A DNA stretch of 64,000 bases from an uncultured Chloroflexia bacterium (GTDB taxonomy: Bacteria > Chloroflexota > Limnocylindria > Limnocylindrales > CSP1-4), in the NCBI GenBank assembly GCA_963712745.1, contig CAVQJC010000006.1:288001-352000 (forward strand). Reading direction: 5' to 3'. The notes beneath the pieces are model-generated. The model was not told the origin of the DNA. It was given only the letters and a program-made list of their open reading frames with translations, and made no database searches. Shown one piece after another: positions 31,756 through 41,542 of this stretch (positions are counted from its first letter, which is position 1; each line of letters opens with the position of its first letter). The position numbers and the translations under genes were made by a program.

Positions 31756-33032
31756 GCCACAGAAAGCCCCGCTACGGGGAATCGCGCGCAGATCTCGCGT
31801 ACCTCGGCACGCACCGCTTCAAGGGCACGGGCGTCGTCACGCCCGCGCAGGGTGCGCACGATAAGCTCACCGACCGTGCGCATCTCGGCCGGGCCGAACC
31901 CGCGGGTGGTCGTGGCGGGCGTACCCACGCGGATGCCCGAGGCCTTGTTGGGCGGCAGCGGGTCGAAGGGAATGGCGTTCTTGTTGACGGTGATGCCGAC
32001 CTCGTCGAGCAGCTCCTCAGCCTCGGTACCGGTCACACCGAGGGGAGTCACGTCGACGAGGATGAGGTGGTTGTCCGTGCCGCCCGAGACGAGCTCGGTG
32101 CCGTTGGCCAGCAACGTCTCGGCCAGTACCGCCGCGTTCTCGACGGTGCGATGCTGGTCGTTGCGGAACGTCTCCCCGCGGGCCTCCAGCAAGGCCACGG
32201 CCTTGGCCGCGATGACGTGCATCAGCGGTCCGCCCTGGGTGCCGGGGAAGACCGCGCGGTCGATCAGCCGCCCGAGCTCGGCCGTGCCGAAGATCATGCC
32301 TCCACGCGGCCCGCGCAAGGTCTTGTGGTTAGTGGTGGTCACGATGTCAGCGTGGGGGAAAGGGCTGGGGTGCACGCCGGCGGCCACCAGGCCCGCGACA
32401 TGGGCCATGTCGACCATCAGCAGCGCATCCGCACCGTGGGCGATGGCGGCCATGCGTTCGAAGTCGATGAGGCGAGGGTAGGCGCTGGCACCGGCCACCA
32501 GCATTCTGGGCCGAACTGCCTGCGCCTGGCGCTCGAGCGCGTCGTAGTCGATACGTCCGTCGGTCTCGGAGACGCCATAGGCGTGGACGTCGAAGTAGCG
32601 TCCGCTGAAGTTGATGGGGTGACCGTGGGTGAGGTGGCCCCCGTGCGCCAGGCTCATACCCAGGATGGTGTCGCCGTGCTCCAGCACGGCCAGGTAGGCA
32701 GCCATGTTGGCCTGCGCTCCTGAATGGGGCTGGACGTTGACGAACTCGGCGCCCGGGAACAGCTCCAGCGCACGCTCCTCGGCCAGGAGCTCCACGACGT
32801 CGACGTGCTCGCAGCCGCCGTAGTAGCGGCGGCCCGGCTGGCCCTCAGCGTACTTGTTGGTCAGCCACGAACCGGTAGCTTCCATGACCGCCGCTGAGGT
32901 GTAGTTCTCGCTCGCGATGAGTTCGATCTTCCAGGTTTGACGCTCGCGCTCGGCGACCATGGCGGCCCACAGCTCCGGGTCGACGGCCGCGAGGGGGGTG
33001 TCGGCCAGCTGGCGGCCAGAGGTAGGGGTCAT
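31752..33032 (-). CDS. glyA: Serine hydroxymethyltransferase
   Basis: LIASENY, NKYAEG..RYYGG, GGHLTHG and [14 protein letters not shown] motifs. Confidence 0.97.
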   Translation of the reverse strand: MTPTSGRQLADTPLAAVDPELWAAMVAERERQTWKIELIASENYTSAAVMEATGSWLTNKYAEGQPGRRYYGGCEHVDVVELLAEERALELFPGAEFVNVQPHSGAQANMAAYLAVLEHGDTILGMSLAHGGHLTHGHPINFSGRYFDVHAYGVSETDGRIDYDALERQAQAVRPRMLVAGASAYPRLIDFERMAAIAHGADALLMVDMAHVAGLVAAGVHPSPFPHADIVTTTNHKTLRGPRGGMIFGTAELGRLIDRAVFPGTQGGPLMHVIAAKAVALLEARGETFRNDQHRTVENAAVLAETLLANGTELVSGGTDNHLILVDVTPLGVTGTEAEELLDEVGITVNKNAIPFDPLPPNKASGIRVGTPATTTRGFGPAEMRTVGELIVRTLRGRDDARALEAVRAEVREICARFPVAGLSVA

Positions 33033-33087
33033 CGGTGCTCCGTTCGTCGGTCCCTGCGCGTTCGTTGAGTGTACTCGGGGAGCGGGT

Positions 33088-33726
33088 TCAGTCTTGCCCT
33101 GCCGCAAGGTCGATGGCGACGCGCTCCAGGGCGCCCTCACGCAGCACGGTCCAGGACCCATCAGTAGCCACCGAGACCACGGTCGACGCGACGCCGCCCC
33201 GGACCGGGCCGTCGTCGAGCACGAGCGCGAGAGCGTCGCCCACCGCCGCCAGCAGCGCCTCCGCGGTCAGCGCAGGCTCCTCGCCCGAGCGGTTGGCCGA
33301 CGTCACCGCGATGGGTCCGAGCACGCGGGCGAGCGCGCGCGGCACGGCGTGGTCGGGGATGCGCAGGCCGAGCGTGTCACGGCCACCGGTCACCGCCTCG
33401 GGCACGAGCCCGGGACGACGGAGGGGCAGCACCAGCGTGAGCGGCCCCGGCCAATAGCGGGCCGCCAGGCGACGCGCCGGCGCGCTCACTTCCACGAGGC
33501 CGTCGACCTGGTCGAGGCCATCGATGAGCAGGGCGATGCCCTTCTCCTGTGGGCGCCGCTTGGCAGCGATGACAGCCGCCAGCGCGTCAGGGCGTGGCAC
33601 TACTCCGATGCCGTAGACGGTCTCGGTGGGGATGCCTACGATGCCACCGGCCTGCATGGCCAGGATGGCGTCGGCCAGGGCCTCAGCATCGCCGGCGGGC
33701 TGCACCGACGGTCGACCCTCAGTCAT
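33088..33726 (-). CDS. tsaC: L-threonylcarbamoyladenylate synthase (TsaC/Sua5)
   Basis: PTETVYG, KRRP, WPGPLT, TSANRSG and STVV motifs. Confidence 0.93.
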   Translation of the reverse strand: MTEGRPSVQPAGDAEALADAILAMQAGGIVGIPTETVYGIGVVPRPDALAAVIAAKRRPQEKGIALLIDGLDQVDGLVEVSAPARRLAARYWPGPLTLVLPLRRPGLVPEAVTGGRDTLGLRIPDHAVPRALARVLGPIAVTSANRSGEEPALTAEALLAAVGDALALVLDDGPVRGGVASTVVSVATDGSWTVLREGALERVAIDLAAGQD

Positions 33727-34639
33727 CGGGTCGGTCCAGCTGAACCACGCGGGGAGTGTCGGAGAGGTCGCGGTGCAGCGTGAAGCGCCACTCGGGCAGG
33801 GCCTCGGAGGCTGCCGCCTCCATCAGCTCGCCCTGGTCGCCACCGATCTCCAGGAACATGGCGCCTCCGGGTCCGACCACCTCGGGTGCGCGTGTGAGGA
33901 GGCGGCGGACGATAGCGAGGCCGTCGGGGCCACCGTCAAGCGCATCGACCGGCTCGAAGCTGGCCGCGATGGCCAGGCCAGGCACCACCTCGGTCGGGAT
34001 GTAGGGCAGGTTTGCCAGCAGCAGATCGACCGGGCCGGGCGGCGGGGGCGCCACGTCGACAAGGTCGCCTTCGGCGAAGGTGAAGAGATGGGCCAGGCCA
34101 TGCGAGACGACGTTGATGGTGGCCACGTCCCGGGCATCACCGCTGATGTCGCTGACGTGGAAGCGGACGGTGTCGCCGTAGCCACGGCGGCGGAGTTCGA
34201 GCGCGATGGCCACTGGGATGGCACCCGAGCCCGTGCCCACATCCCACACGACGTAGGCTCCGGCATCCTGGTCGCGCATGGAGCCGGTGAGGTCGTCCCG
34301 GATGCGCGTCAGCGCCAGCTCCACCAGCGTCTCGGTCTCCGGTCGCGGGATGAGCACACGCGGGTCGACCGAGATGGCCGAACCGTAGAACTCCTTGAGC
34401 CCGCGGATGTAGGCCACTGGCTCGCCCGTCTCGCGGCGCGCGACGTTGGCCTCGAAACGGTCGAGCTGGCCGGTGCTCAGGACCGTCTCCGGATGTGCCG
34501 CGAGCGCGCTGCGATCCACGCCCAGCACCCACGCGAGCAGCACCTCGGCGTCGAGGCGCGCGGACTCCGAGCCGGATGCCTCAAGACGCGCGGTGGCGTC
34601 GGTGAGGAGCTCGGCGACCCTCTGGGGGCGGATCTCCAT
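33719..34639 (-). CDS. prmC: Release factor glutamine methyltransferase
   Basis: GEPVAYI, LIPRPETE, DVGTGSG, NLPY and ALDGGPDG motifs. Confidence 0.93.
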   Translation of the reverse strand: MEIRPQRVAELLTDATARLEASGSESARLDAEVLLAWVLGVDRSALAAHPETVLSTGQLDRFEANVARRETGEPVAYIRGLKEFYGSAISVDPRVLIPRPETETLVELALTRIRDDLTGSMRDQDAGAYVVWDVGTGSGAIPVAIALELRRRGYGDTVRFHVSDISGDARDVATINVVSHGLAHLFTFAEGDLVDVAPPPPGPVDLLLANLPYIPTEVVPGLAIAASFEPVDALDGGPDGLAIVRRLLTRAPEVVGPGGAMFLEIGGDQGELMEAAASEALPEWRFTLHRDLSDTPRVVQLDRPDD

Positions 34640-34655
34640 GATGCCGCGCGGGCGC

Positions 34656-35753
34656 CTAGCGGGCGGCGCCGGGCTGGCTCTCCAGGGAGGCCAGTCGGGC
34701 CGCCTGGTCAGTATGGATGAGAGCGTCGATGAGCTTGTCGAGGTCCCCGTCGAGGATGGCAGGCATGCCATGCAGGTCGAGCCCGATGCGATGGTCGGTG
34801 ATGCGGTCCTGGGGGTAGTTGTAGGTGCGGATCTTCTCCGCCCGTTCGCCGCTGCCGACCATCGAACGCCTGGCCTCCGCCTCCTCCTCCTGGGCTTTGC
34901 GCTGCTCCTGCTCGAGCAGGCGCGCGCGGAGCACGGACATGGCTTTGGCCTTGTTCTTGTGCTGGCTCTTCTCATCCTGGATCTCGACCACGAGGCCGCT
35001 CGGCAAGTGGGTGATACGCACCGCCGAGTCGGTCGTGTTGACGGACTGGCCGCCGGGGCCCGAGGCGCGTTTGACGTCGATGCGAAGGTCCCTGGCTTCG
35101 TCGATCTGGACATCGACCTCGTCGGCCTTGGGCAACACGGCCACGGTGGCCGTGGAAGTGTGGATGCGCCCGCTCGATTCGGTCTCCGGCACGCGCTGAA
35201 CGCGGTGCACGCCACCCTCGTACTTGAGCCGGCTCCAGGCACCCTGGCCGCTGATCTCGAAGATGACCTCGCGCAGGCCTTTCACACCGGACTCGTTGGC
35301 GGACAGCGTCTCCGCCTTCCAGCGGTGCCGCTCCGCGTAGCGGGCGTACATGCGGAAGAGATCGGCGGCGAAGATGGCGGCCTCTTCGCCGCCAGTCCCG
35401 CCACGGATCTCGATGATGACGTCGCGGTCGTCGTTAGGGTCCTTGGGCAGGAGCTGGATACGCAGGTCCTCGTTGAGCCGGGCCACCTCAGTCTCGTTCT
35501 CCGCGATCAACTCGCGGGCAAGCTCCTTCAGTTCAGGGTCGCTCTCGGTCTGCAACTCATGGCGGGCCGATTCCAGGGCGGCCTGGACACCGCGCAGGGC
35601 ACGGTAGTTCTCGACGATGGGCCCGATCTGCGCCTGCTCCCTGCCCAGCACCTTGCTGCGCTCCCGATCGGCAGCGACCTCAGGCTTCGACCATTCGGCC
35701 TCGATGGCCTGAAGGCGGCGCTCCAGCTCCTCGAGCCGGGCATCGAGGCTCAT
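34656..35753 (-). CDS. prfA: Peptide chain release factor 1
   Basis: HRVQRVPET (PxT motif) and [14 protein letters not shown]. Confidence 0.97.
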   Translation of the reverse strand: MSLDARLEELERRLQAIEAEWSKPEVAADRERSKVLGREQAQIGPIVENYRALRGVQAALESARHELQTESDPELKELARELIAENETEVARLNEDLRIQLLPKDPNDDRDVIIEIRGGTGGEEAAIFAADLFRMYARYAERHRWKAETLSANESGVKGLREVIFEISGQGAWSRLKYEGGVHRVQRVPETESSGRIHTSTATVAVLPKADEVDVQIDEARDLRIDVKRASGPGGQSVNTTDSAVRITHLPSGLVVEIQDEKSQHKNKAKAMSVLRARLLEQEQRKAQEEEAEARRSMVGSGERAEKIRTYNYPQDRITDHRIGLDLHGMPAILDGDLDKLIDALIHTDQAARLASLESQPGAAR

Positions 35754-36988
35754 GCGCCCTCCGTGGCGCCTCCGGCCCTGCCAGCCGGGGTCTCGTTGCC
35801 GTCGGGCATCTCCACCGGGCTGGCCGCGACGTCAGCGGCCGTCTCGGCCGGCGGGTCAGCGGGATGGGCCGCAGTAGCGGCGACTTCGCTCTCGAGAGCC
35901 TCGGGTGCCGGCTCGGCTTCGCCGGCGGCAGCTTCGGCCTCCTCGGCCTCGATGCGCGCACCCATCTCCTTGGCCAGTTCGTCGACGTCGGGCATGGGCT
36001 CCCTGGGCGGATCCCAGCTGCCCTCGGGCGCGGTGTCGCCATTGGCCGCCAGGCCTTCCTGCATGGCGCAGATTGCGATCTCGATCATCGAATCGTCCGG
36101 CTGCTTGGTTGTGATCTTCTGGATCCAGATGCCGGGCATGAAGAGCCACTTCCAGAAACCCTGCTCACGACGGACGGCGCCGAACTTGAGCAGCTCGTAC
36201 GAAACCGCTGCGATGACCGGCACGAGCAGGATGCGCCCCAGGATGGCCACCCACAGGTCCACGCCGGCAAGCAGGCTGAACAGCAGGATGCTGACGATGA
36301 TGAAGATGACCAGGAACTCGGTGCCGCAGCGGGGATGCGCGGTGGGGAACTTGCGCACATTGTCGACTTGCAGCGGCAGGTCGGCTTCGAGCGTGTGGAT
36401 GGTCATGTGCTCCGCGCCGTGGTATTGGAAGACCCGGCCGATCTCAGCCGAGCGACTGACCAGGGCCAGGTAGCCGACGAAAACGACGACACGCACGAGT
36501 CCCTCGAGAATGTGCACCAGGAACGACTCGATGCCGCTGTCGACCTCGCCGAATAGCAGCGTGACGCCGCCCTGGGCCAGCAACAGCGGCATCAGCACGA
36601 ACAGGCCGACGGCCAGGCCGATGGTCACGAGCATGGTCAGCGCGATGGCCTTGCCACCGAAGGCCACACCCTCTCCAGCTGCTGCCAGCGAGCCCGATCT
36701 CATGAGCCACTTGGTGCCGATGACGAGGGTCTCGTAGAGCACCACGACACCGCGGAAGAACGGGGCGCGGGCGAAGCGACGGCGATGAAGGACGCTGTCG
36801 AGCCGCTCCTGGCCGGCAAAGATCTGGCCGTCGGGGCCACGCACGGCCACTCCGATGGCGTCCTTGCCGCGCATGTAGACGCCCTCCATGAGCGCCTGTC
36901 CGCCATAGGCGAAGCGGGGCGATGCTTCGGTGCCGGGATCGCCGCTCAGCGGGGCGGCCGTCCCCTGCCCTGCCGGCGACTGGGTCAC
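35750..36988 (-). CDS. DUF1385 membrane protein with acidic C-terminal tail
   Basis: [18 protein letters not shown] and HPRCGT motifs; usual rpmE-DUF1385-prfA/prmC context. Confidence 0.9.
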   Translation of the reverse strand: MTQSPAGQGTAAPLSGDPGTEASPRFAYGGQALMEGVYMRGKDAIGVAVRGPDGQIFAGQERLDSVLHRRRFARAPFFRGVVVLYETLVIGTKWLMRSGSLAAAGEGVAFGGKAIALTMLVTIGLAVGLFVLMPLLLAQGGVTLLFGEVDSGIESFLVHILEGLVRVVVFVGYLALVSRSAEIGRVFQYHGAEHMTIHTLEADLPLQVDNVRKFPTAHPRCGTEFLVIFIIVSILLFSLLAGVDLWVAILGRILLVPVIAAVSYELLKFGAVRREQGFWKWLFMPGIWIQKITTKQPDDSMIEIAICAMQEGLAANGDTAPEGSWDPPREPMPDVDELAKEMGARIEAEEAEAAAGEAEPAPEALESEVAATAAHPADPPAETAADVAASPVEMPDGNETPAGRAGGATEGA

Positions 36989-37002
36989 GTTGCGGTGCTG
37001 CT

Positions 37003-37215
37003 CTAGAGCTTCGCCGAGCGCTCGAGGCGCTTCTGGAAACGCTCGACCTGGCCGGCGGTGTCGACGATGGTCTGTTTGCCGGTGTAGAAGGGGTGGCAGT
37101 TGGAACAGATGTCAACGCGCAGCTCCTCCTGGGTGGAGCCGATGGTGAACTCGATGCCGCAGGAGGCGCAGTGCACCTGTGCCTGGTAGTACTTGGGATG
37201 CATGTCGGGCTTCAT
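37003..37215 (-). CDS. rpmE: 50S ribosomal protein L31 (Zn-binding type)
   Basis: [25 protein letters not shown]. Confidence 0.97.
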   Translation of the reverse strand: MKPDMHPKYYQAQVHCASCGIEFTIGSTQEELRVDICSNCHPFYTGKQTIVDTAGQVERFQKRLERSAKL

Positions 37216-37233
37216 GTTGTGGGTCCTTCGGGG

Positions 37234-37500
37234 TCAGCTGGCGAGCGTCTCGGCTTCGATGCGGATGCGCTTCTTGTCCTTGCGCGCATGCTCGAAGCGG
37301 ACGCGCCCGTCGACAGTGGCGAAGACGGTGTAATCCCTGCCCAGGCCGGTACCGGGGCCTGAGAGGAACGTCATCCCGCGCTGGCGCACGATGATCGAAC
37401 CAGCGCTGACGAGCTCGCCATCGCCGGCCTTGACGCCGAGGCGCTGGCCGACGCTGTCGCGACCGTTCTTGGAGCTGGAACCTGCTTTCTTGTGGGCCAC
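37234..37500 (-). CDS. rpmA: 50S ribosomal protein L27
   Basis: [20 protein letters not shown]. Confidence 0.97.
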   Translation of the reverse strand: MAHKKAGSSSKNGRDSVGQRLGVKAGDGELVSAGSIIVRQRGMTFLSGPGTGLGRDYTVFATVDGRVRFEHARKDKKRIRIEAETLAS

Positions 37501-37503
37501 GTT

Positions 37504-38214
37504 CTACTCGTCCTTCTTGGTCTCTTCGGCGTCCCTGGTCTCATCGGCGTCGGCAGCAGCTTCGCCGTCACTCTCGGCTGGGGCCTCGGGCTCCGCGGGG
37601 GCAGAGGCCTGGGCCTCCGGCTCCGAAGCAGCAGGCGCTTTGACCTCGGGCTCCGCAGGGGCAGACGCCTGGGCCTCCGGCTCGGGCTCCGCAGCGGCCT
37701 CCTTGGCGGTGGACTTCTTCTTGGTGGCCTTCGGCTTGGCCGGCGCCTCCGCCTCGGCCAGCTTGGCTGCCAGCGCCTTGTCGGCTGCGGCCTGCTCCTC
37801 GGCGGCCTTCTTGGCTGCGGCCTGCTCCGCCTTCTCGGCCTCCTTGGCCTTCCTGGCCTCGGCCTTCTGCGCACTCTCGGCATCCTCGGCAGCGCTCTTG
37901 CCGCCGAAGGCGATGTCGGTGATACGGAGCGTGGTCAGCTCAGCACGAAAGCCCTTCTTCACGCGGGTGCGGGCCTTGGGCTTGTACTTGAAGACGATGA
38001 TCTTGTCGCCGCGGTCCTGGCCCAGGACTTCGGCCGAGACCGTGGCACCGTCGACGACCGGCTGGCCGATCGCGGCGTCGTCGTCGTCCGCGACCAGCAA
38101 GACGCGATCGAGCGTGATGGAGTCGCCGGGCTGGACGTCCAGGCGATCGACCTGGATCTCCGAACCGAGCTCGACGCGGTGCTGCTTGCCGCCTGATTCG
38201 ATGACTGCGTACAT
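37504..38214 (-). CDS. rplU: 50S ribosomal protein L21 with long Ala/Glu/Lys/Pro tail
   Basis: MYAVIESGGKQHRV..KIIVFKYKPK; the tail is about 130 aa. Confidence 0.95.
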   Translation of the reverse strand: MYAVIESGGKQHRVELGSEIQVDRLDVQPGDSITLDRVLLVADDDDAAIGQPVVDGATVSAEVLGQDRGDKIIVFKYKPKARTRVKKGFRAELTTLRITDIAFGGKSAAEDAESAQKAEARKAKEAEKAEQAAAKKAAEEQAAADKALAAKLAEAEAPAKPKATKKKSTAKEAAAEPEPEAQASAPAEPEVKAPAASEPEAQASAPAEPEAPAESDGEAAADADETRDAEETKKDE

Positions 38215-38318
38215 GGGCTTCCCGTTGCGTGGTCGGTACGTGATGTGAGTGACTGGGTCGACGCGGGGCGCGAGTCGCAGGCGAACACGGCGCGACAGAC
38301 TCCCGGGCGCGAACGGTG

Positions 38319-38348
38319 ATGTTAGCGGGATTCCGCGAAGAGCGTCAA
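38319..38348 (-). promoter_or_regulatory. Sigma70-type promoter of rplU-rpmA-rpmE (TTGACG-N18-TAACAT)
   Basis: Near-consensus -35 and -10 boxes about 105 nt upstream of rplU. Confidence 0.7.
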
Positions 38349-38431
38349 CCGCGACCGCTCGCGGCGAAGGCGTGGCGCGGATGCAGCACAACTAGCGAGC
38401 CACCCGTGGCGTCGAGTATGGTCAGCAAGGT

Positions 38432-38914
38432 ATGGCCCGCACCTTCTACGACACGCTCATGCTCAACCCCAAGGCCGACCGTGAGCTCATCACGGTCGCG
38501 TACCGGCACCTGGCCAAGCGCTACCACCCCGACAAGGATCTCTCGTCGGAAGCGGCTGCGCGCATGGTGGAGCTGAACGAGGCCTACGCGGTGCTGTCCG
38601 ACCCGGACAAGCGCGCGGAGTACGACCGCCGCATCGGGCTGGCTGAAGCGGCCGGGCCGGCACTCGTGTCGGGCGACAGCCGAGCGGCGCGGCACGGGGC
38701 CGTGAACACGTCCTCCCCGAGCGGGCGCTTCGGGGAAGCCGGCGCCCCTCCCTCGAGCCCGCCAGCGGTAGGGCGGCCGCTGACCTTCGGCCGCTACCAG
38801 GGCTGGACCCTCAACCAGGTCGCCCGCTACGACGGCGATTACATCGAGTGGCTATCGCGCACGACCATGGGCCGCAACTACAAGCGCGAGCTGGACGAGC
38901 TGCGGCACCGGTAG
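38432..38914 (+). CDS. DnaJ-domain protein with C-terminal FG(R/K)Y..YxxW (DUF3820/ExoX-C-like) domain
   Basis: J-domain YHPD..LNEAYAVLSDP; PLTFGRYQGWTL..DYIEWL. Confidence 0.85.
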   Translation: MARTFYDTLMLNPKADRELITVAYRHLAKRYHPDKDLSSEAAARMVELNEAYAVLSDPDKRAEYDRRIGLAEAAGPALVSGDSRAARHGAVNTSSPSGRFGEAGAPPSSPPAVGRPLTFGRYQGWTLNQVARYDGDYIEWLSRTTMGRNYKRELDELRHR

Positions 38915-39044
38915 GGCGCCGAGGCGGCCGGGTAGCAGGGAGGATCATTGCCCGCGTGGGGCGGGCCCCAGCGCCGCGAGAAGCACGTCGCCGTCGGACA
39001 GTGGCGGACTCTGCTCGACGGGGAGGCTGTCCCCGAGTCTGTTC

Positions 39045-40307
39045 CTAGGCAGCTCCGGAGCTGGCATGCCCGCCAGAGTGGCGCTCGTCACGCTGCGCCC
39101 TGGGGATGGCCCACTGCAGCATCACCGGCGCCACCAGCGTGGTTAGGATGACAGCCGCCAGCAGCACCGCGTACATCTCATGCCCGATCAGGCCCAGCGT
39201 CAGACCCAGGGCAGAGACCACGATGCCGACCTCGCCGCGCGGACTCATGCCCACGCCGACCACGATCGAGTTCCACTTGCCCAGCCTCCAGGAGCCGGCG
39301 ATGCCGCCGACGAGCTTGGTCAGGACGCCCATGACCGCCAGCACGAGCACGATGATGAGCAGCTCTGGATCGAGCAGCGCGCTCATGTCGATGTTGGCGC
39401 CGGTGACGGCGAAGAAGAACGGCGCGAAGATGCCCAGCAGCGGCCGGAAGCCGTGCTCCACCTCCTCGCGGACCGGGGTCTCGGCGACCATCAGCCCGAC
39501 CACGAAGGCGCCGATGATGGCCGCCAGACCGACGAACTGCGCCAGCAGAGCGCCGGCGAACATGATGATGAAGACCGGTACGGTCGGGGTGTCCGCGAAC
39601 CTGGGCCAGGTGAAGAGCCTGCGCGGCAGGCGACGGCCCAACGGGGCCAGCGCCAGGCCGATGCCTACGAACGCGATGCCGGCGACCATGGTCAGCAGGG
39701 TCTCGGGGCCAAGGTCGCCCTCAGCCACGCCGGAGAGCAGTCCGATGGCCAGCAGTGCCAGGATGTCGTCGACGATGGCGGCGCCGAGGATGACTCGCGA
39801 GAAGGCTCTGTCGAGGACCCCCATGTCCGCCAGGACGCGACTGGTGATGCCGATGCTGGTAGCTGCGAGCGCCAGACCGGTGAGCACCGCGGCGAGCATG
39901 TCCTCACCGATGGCCAGCCCGATGGCAGCGCCCGCCATGATGGGCAGGATGAAGCCGATGGTGCCGACGGCGATGGCCATCACCCCGACTTTGAGCAGGT
40001 CGTCGATCCGGACCTCGAGGCCGACGGTGAACAGCAGGATGATGACACCCAGCTCAGCGAAGACCTCCGCGGTGACGGTGACATCGGCCAGGCCCAGCGC
40101 GAAGGGACCCACGATGAAGCCGCCCAGCATCTCGCCGATGACGCCGGGCTGGTTGATGCGCCGAAAGATCTCCTCGCCGGCCTTGGCCGCGATGAAGAGG
40201 ATGAAGAGGCTGAACATGGCGCTGGCGAAGGCCGCGCCCTCTTCGCCACCACTGCCCGATGAGAAGAACAGGCCGTCAGGAAACGGGAGCTCGGGCAGGA
40301 AGGGCAT
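39045..40307 (-). CDS. CPA2 cation:proton antiporter (NapA/KefB-like)
   Basis: GEMLGG, LLFTVGLE, ATSIGI, AIVDD and PRGEV motifs. Confidence 0.92.
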   Translation of the reverse strand: MPFLPELPFPDGLFFSSGSGGEEGAAFASAMFSLFILFIAAKAGEEIFRRINQPGVIGEMLGGFIVGPFALGLADVTVTAEVFAELGVIILLFTVGLEVRIDDLLKVGVMAIAVGTIGFILPIMAGAAIGLAIGEDMLAAVLTGLALAATSIGITSRVLADMGVLDRAFSRVILGAAIVDDILALLAIGLLSGVAEGDLGPETLLTMVAGIAFVGIGLALAPLGRRLPRRLFTWPRFADTPTVPVFIIMFAGALLAQFVGLAAIIGAFVVGLMVAETPVREEVEHGFRPLLGIFAPFFFAVTGANIDMSALLDPELLIIVLVLAVMGVLTKLVGGIAGSWRLGKWNSIVVGVGMSPRGEVGIVVSALGLTLGLIGHEMYAVLLAAVILTTLVAPVMLQWAIPRAQRDERHSGGHASSGAA

Positions 40308-40399
40308 ACGGCTACAGCGTAGCGGGCAAGGCGGCGGGACGGCTCATGCGAAGTGGCTCGTCAGCGGGGGCCATGCGGCCGGGGCCGTTCGGCTGGGAC

Positions 40400-41542
40400 T
40401 CAGATGGAACGCGAGCGACGCATGGCCAGCGACTCGAGGATGCCCAGACCGAGGGCGGCGCTGATGAGCGAGGCCCCCCCGTGTGTCACGAACGGCAGGG
40501 GGATACCGGTGATGGGCATGACCCCGAGGACCATTCCGATGTTGATGATCATCTGGAACAGGAGCATGCCCGCGATGCCGCCCGAGAAGGCGAGCGTGAA
40601 GGTGTCACCAGAACGCCAGCCCACGTGCAGCACGCGCCAGATGAGCAGCGCGAAGAGAGCCAGCACCACCGCACCTCCGAGGAAGCCGAGTTCCTCGCCC
40701 ACGCGCGCGAACACGAAGTCGGTCGAGCCCACCGGCAGGTTCTGTCCGGCCAGGCCGTTGGTCAGGCCGCGGCCGAAGAGTCCCCCGGAGCTGACCGTGA
40801 TCTGCGACTGCTGCAGCTGGTAGCCCGAGCCGAGCGGGTCGGCGGCGGGATCGATGAACGAGACCAGGCGCTGCTTCTGGTAGTCGCGCAGCACCACCTC
40901 CCAGGCCACGGGCACCATGGCCAGCACGCCCAGCACCATGGCCGCGATCCAGCGCAAGCTGGCGCCGGACATGAAGAGCGCGCCAAGCATGATGGCGCCG
41001 AACACGAGAGAAGTGCCCAGGTCTGGCTGGAAAAGCACCAGGCCCAGGAGCGGGGCCACCACGAGGGCCGCGCCCAGGACCGTGCGCAGGCCGGAGATGC
41101 TCGACTCGCGCGTGGCCAGGTAGTGCGCCAGCACTACCGCCAGCAGGATCTTGGCCACTTCGGAGAACTGGAACTGCAGCCCGAAGATCGAGACCCAGCG
41201 GGAAACGCCACCGGTACCGCTGCCGATCACCAGGGTAAGCACCAGCAGGGCGATGCTGAAGCCATAGATCGGCCACGCGAAGGTGCGCAGCCAGTGGTGG
41301 TCGGCAGCGGCGGTGGCGACGAAGACGACAGCCGCGAGCGCGAGCCAGATGAGCCCGCGCGTGAAGATCGAGCCGGGCCGGAAGGGGTCGTCGGCCGAGT
41401 TGGTGAAGGCCATGAGCAGGCCGATGACGGTGAGCGAGAGGGCGAAGATGGCCAGCGGCAGGTCGAAGCCGTACCAGCGGCCCTCCCCTTCCCTGGCGGT
41501 CAGCGTACCGACACGCGCCGGCTCCAGTCGCAGCGTGCTCAT
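40400..41542 (-). CDS. rodA: SEDS peptidoglycan glycosyltransferase RodA
   Basis: RW..FQFSEVAK, QPDLGT, GYQ..QS, TDFVF..GEELG and GIPLPFV motifs; adjacent to PBP2. Confidence 0.93.
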   Translation of the reverse strand: MSTLRLEPARVGTLTAREGEGRWYGFDLPLAIFALSLTVIGLLMAFTNSADDPFRPGSIFTRGLIWLALAAVVFVATAAADHHWLRTFAWPIYGFSIALLVLTLVIGSGTGGVSRWVSIFGLQFQFSEVAKILLAVVLAHYLATRESSISGLRTVLGAALVVAPLLGLVLFQPDLGTSLVFGAIMLGALFMSGASLRWIAAMVLGVLAMVPVAWEVVLRDYQKQRLVSFIDPAADPLGSGYQLQQSQITVSSGGLFGRGLTNGLAGQNLPVGSTDFVFARVGEELGFLGGAVVLALFALLIWRVLHVGWRSGDTFTLAFSGGIAGMLLFQMIINIGMVLGVMPITGIPLPFVTHGGASLISAALGLGILESLAMRRSRSI

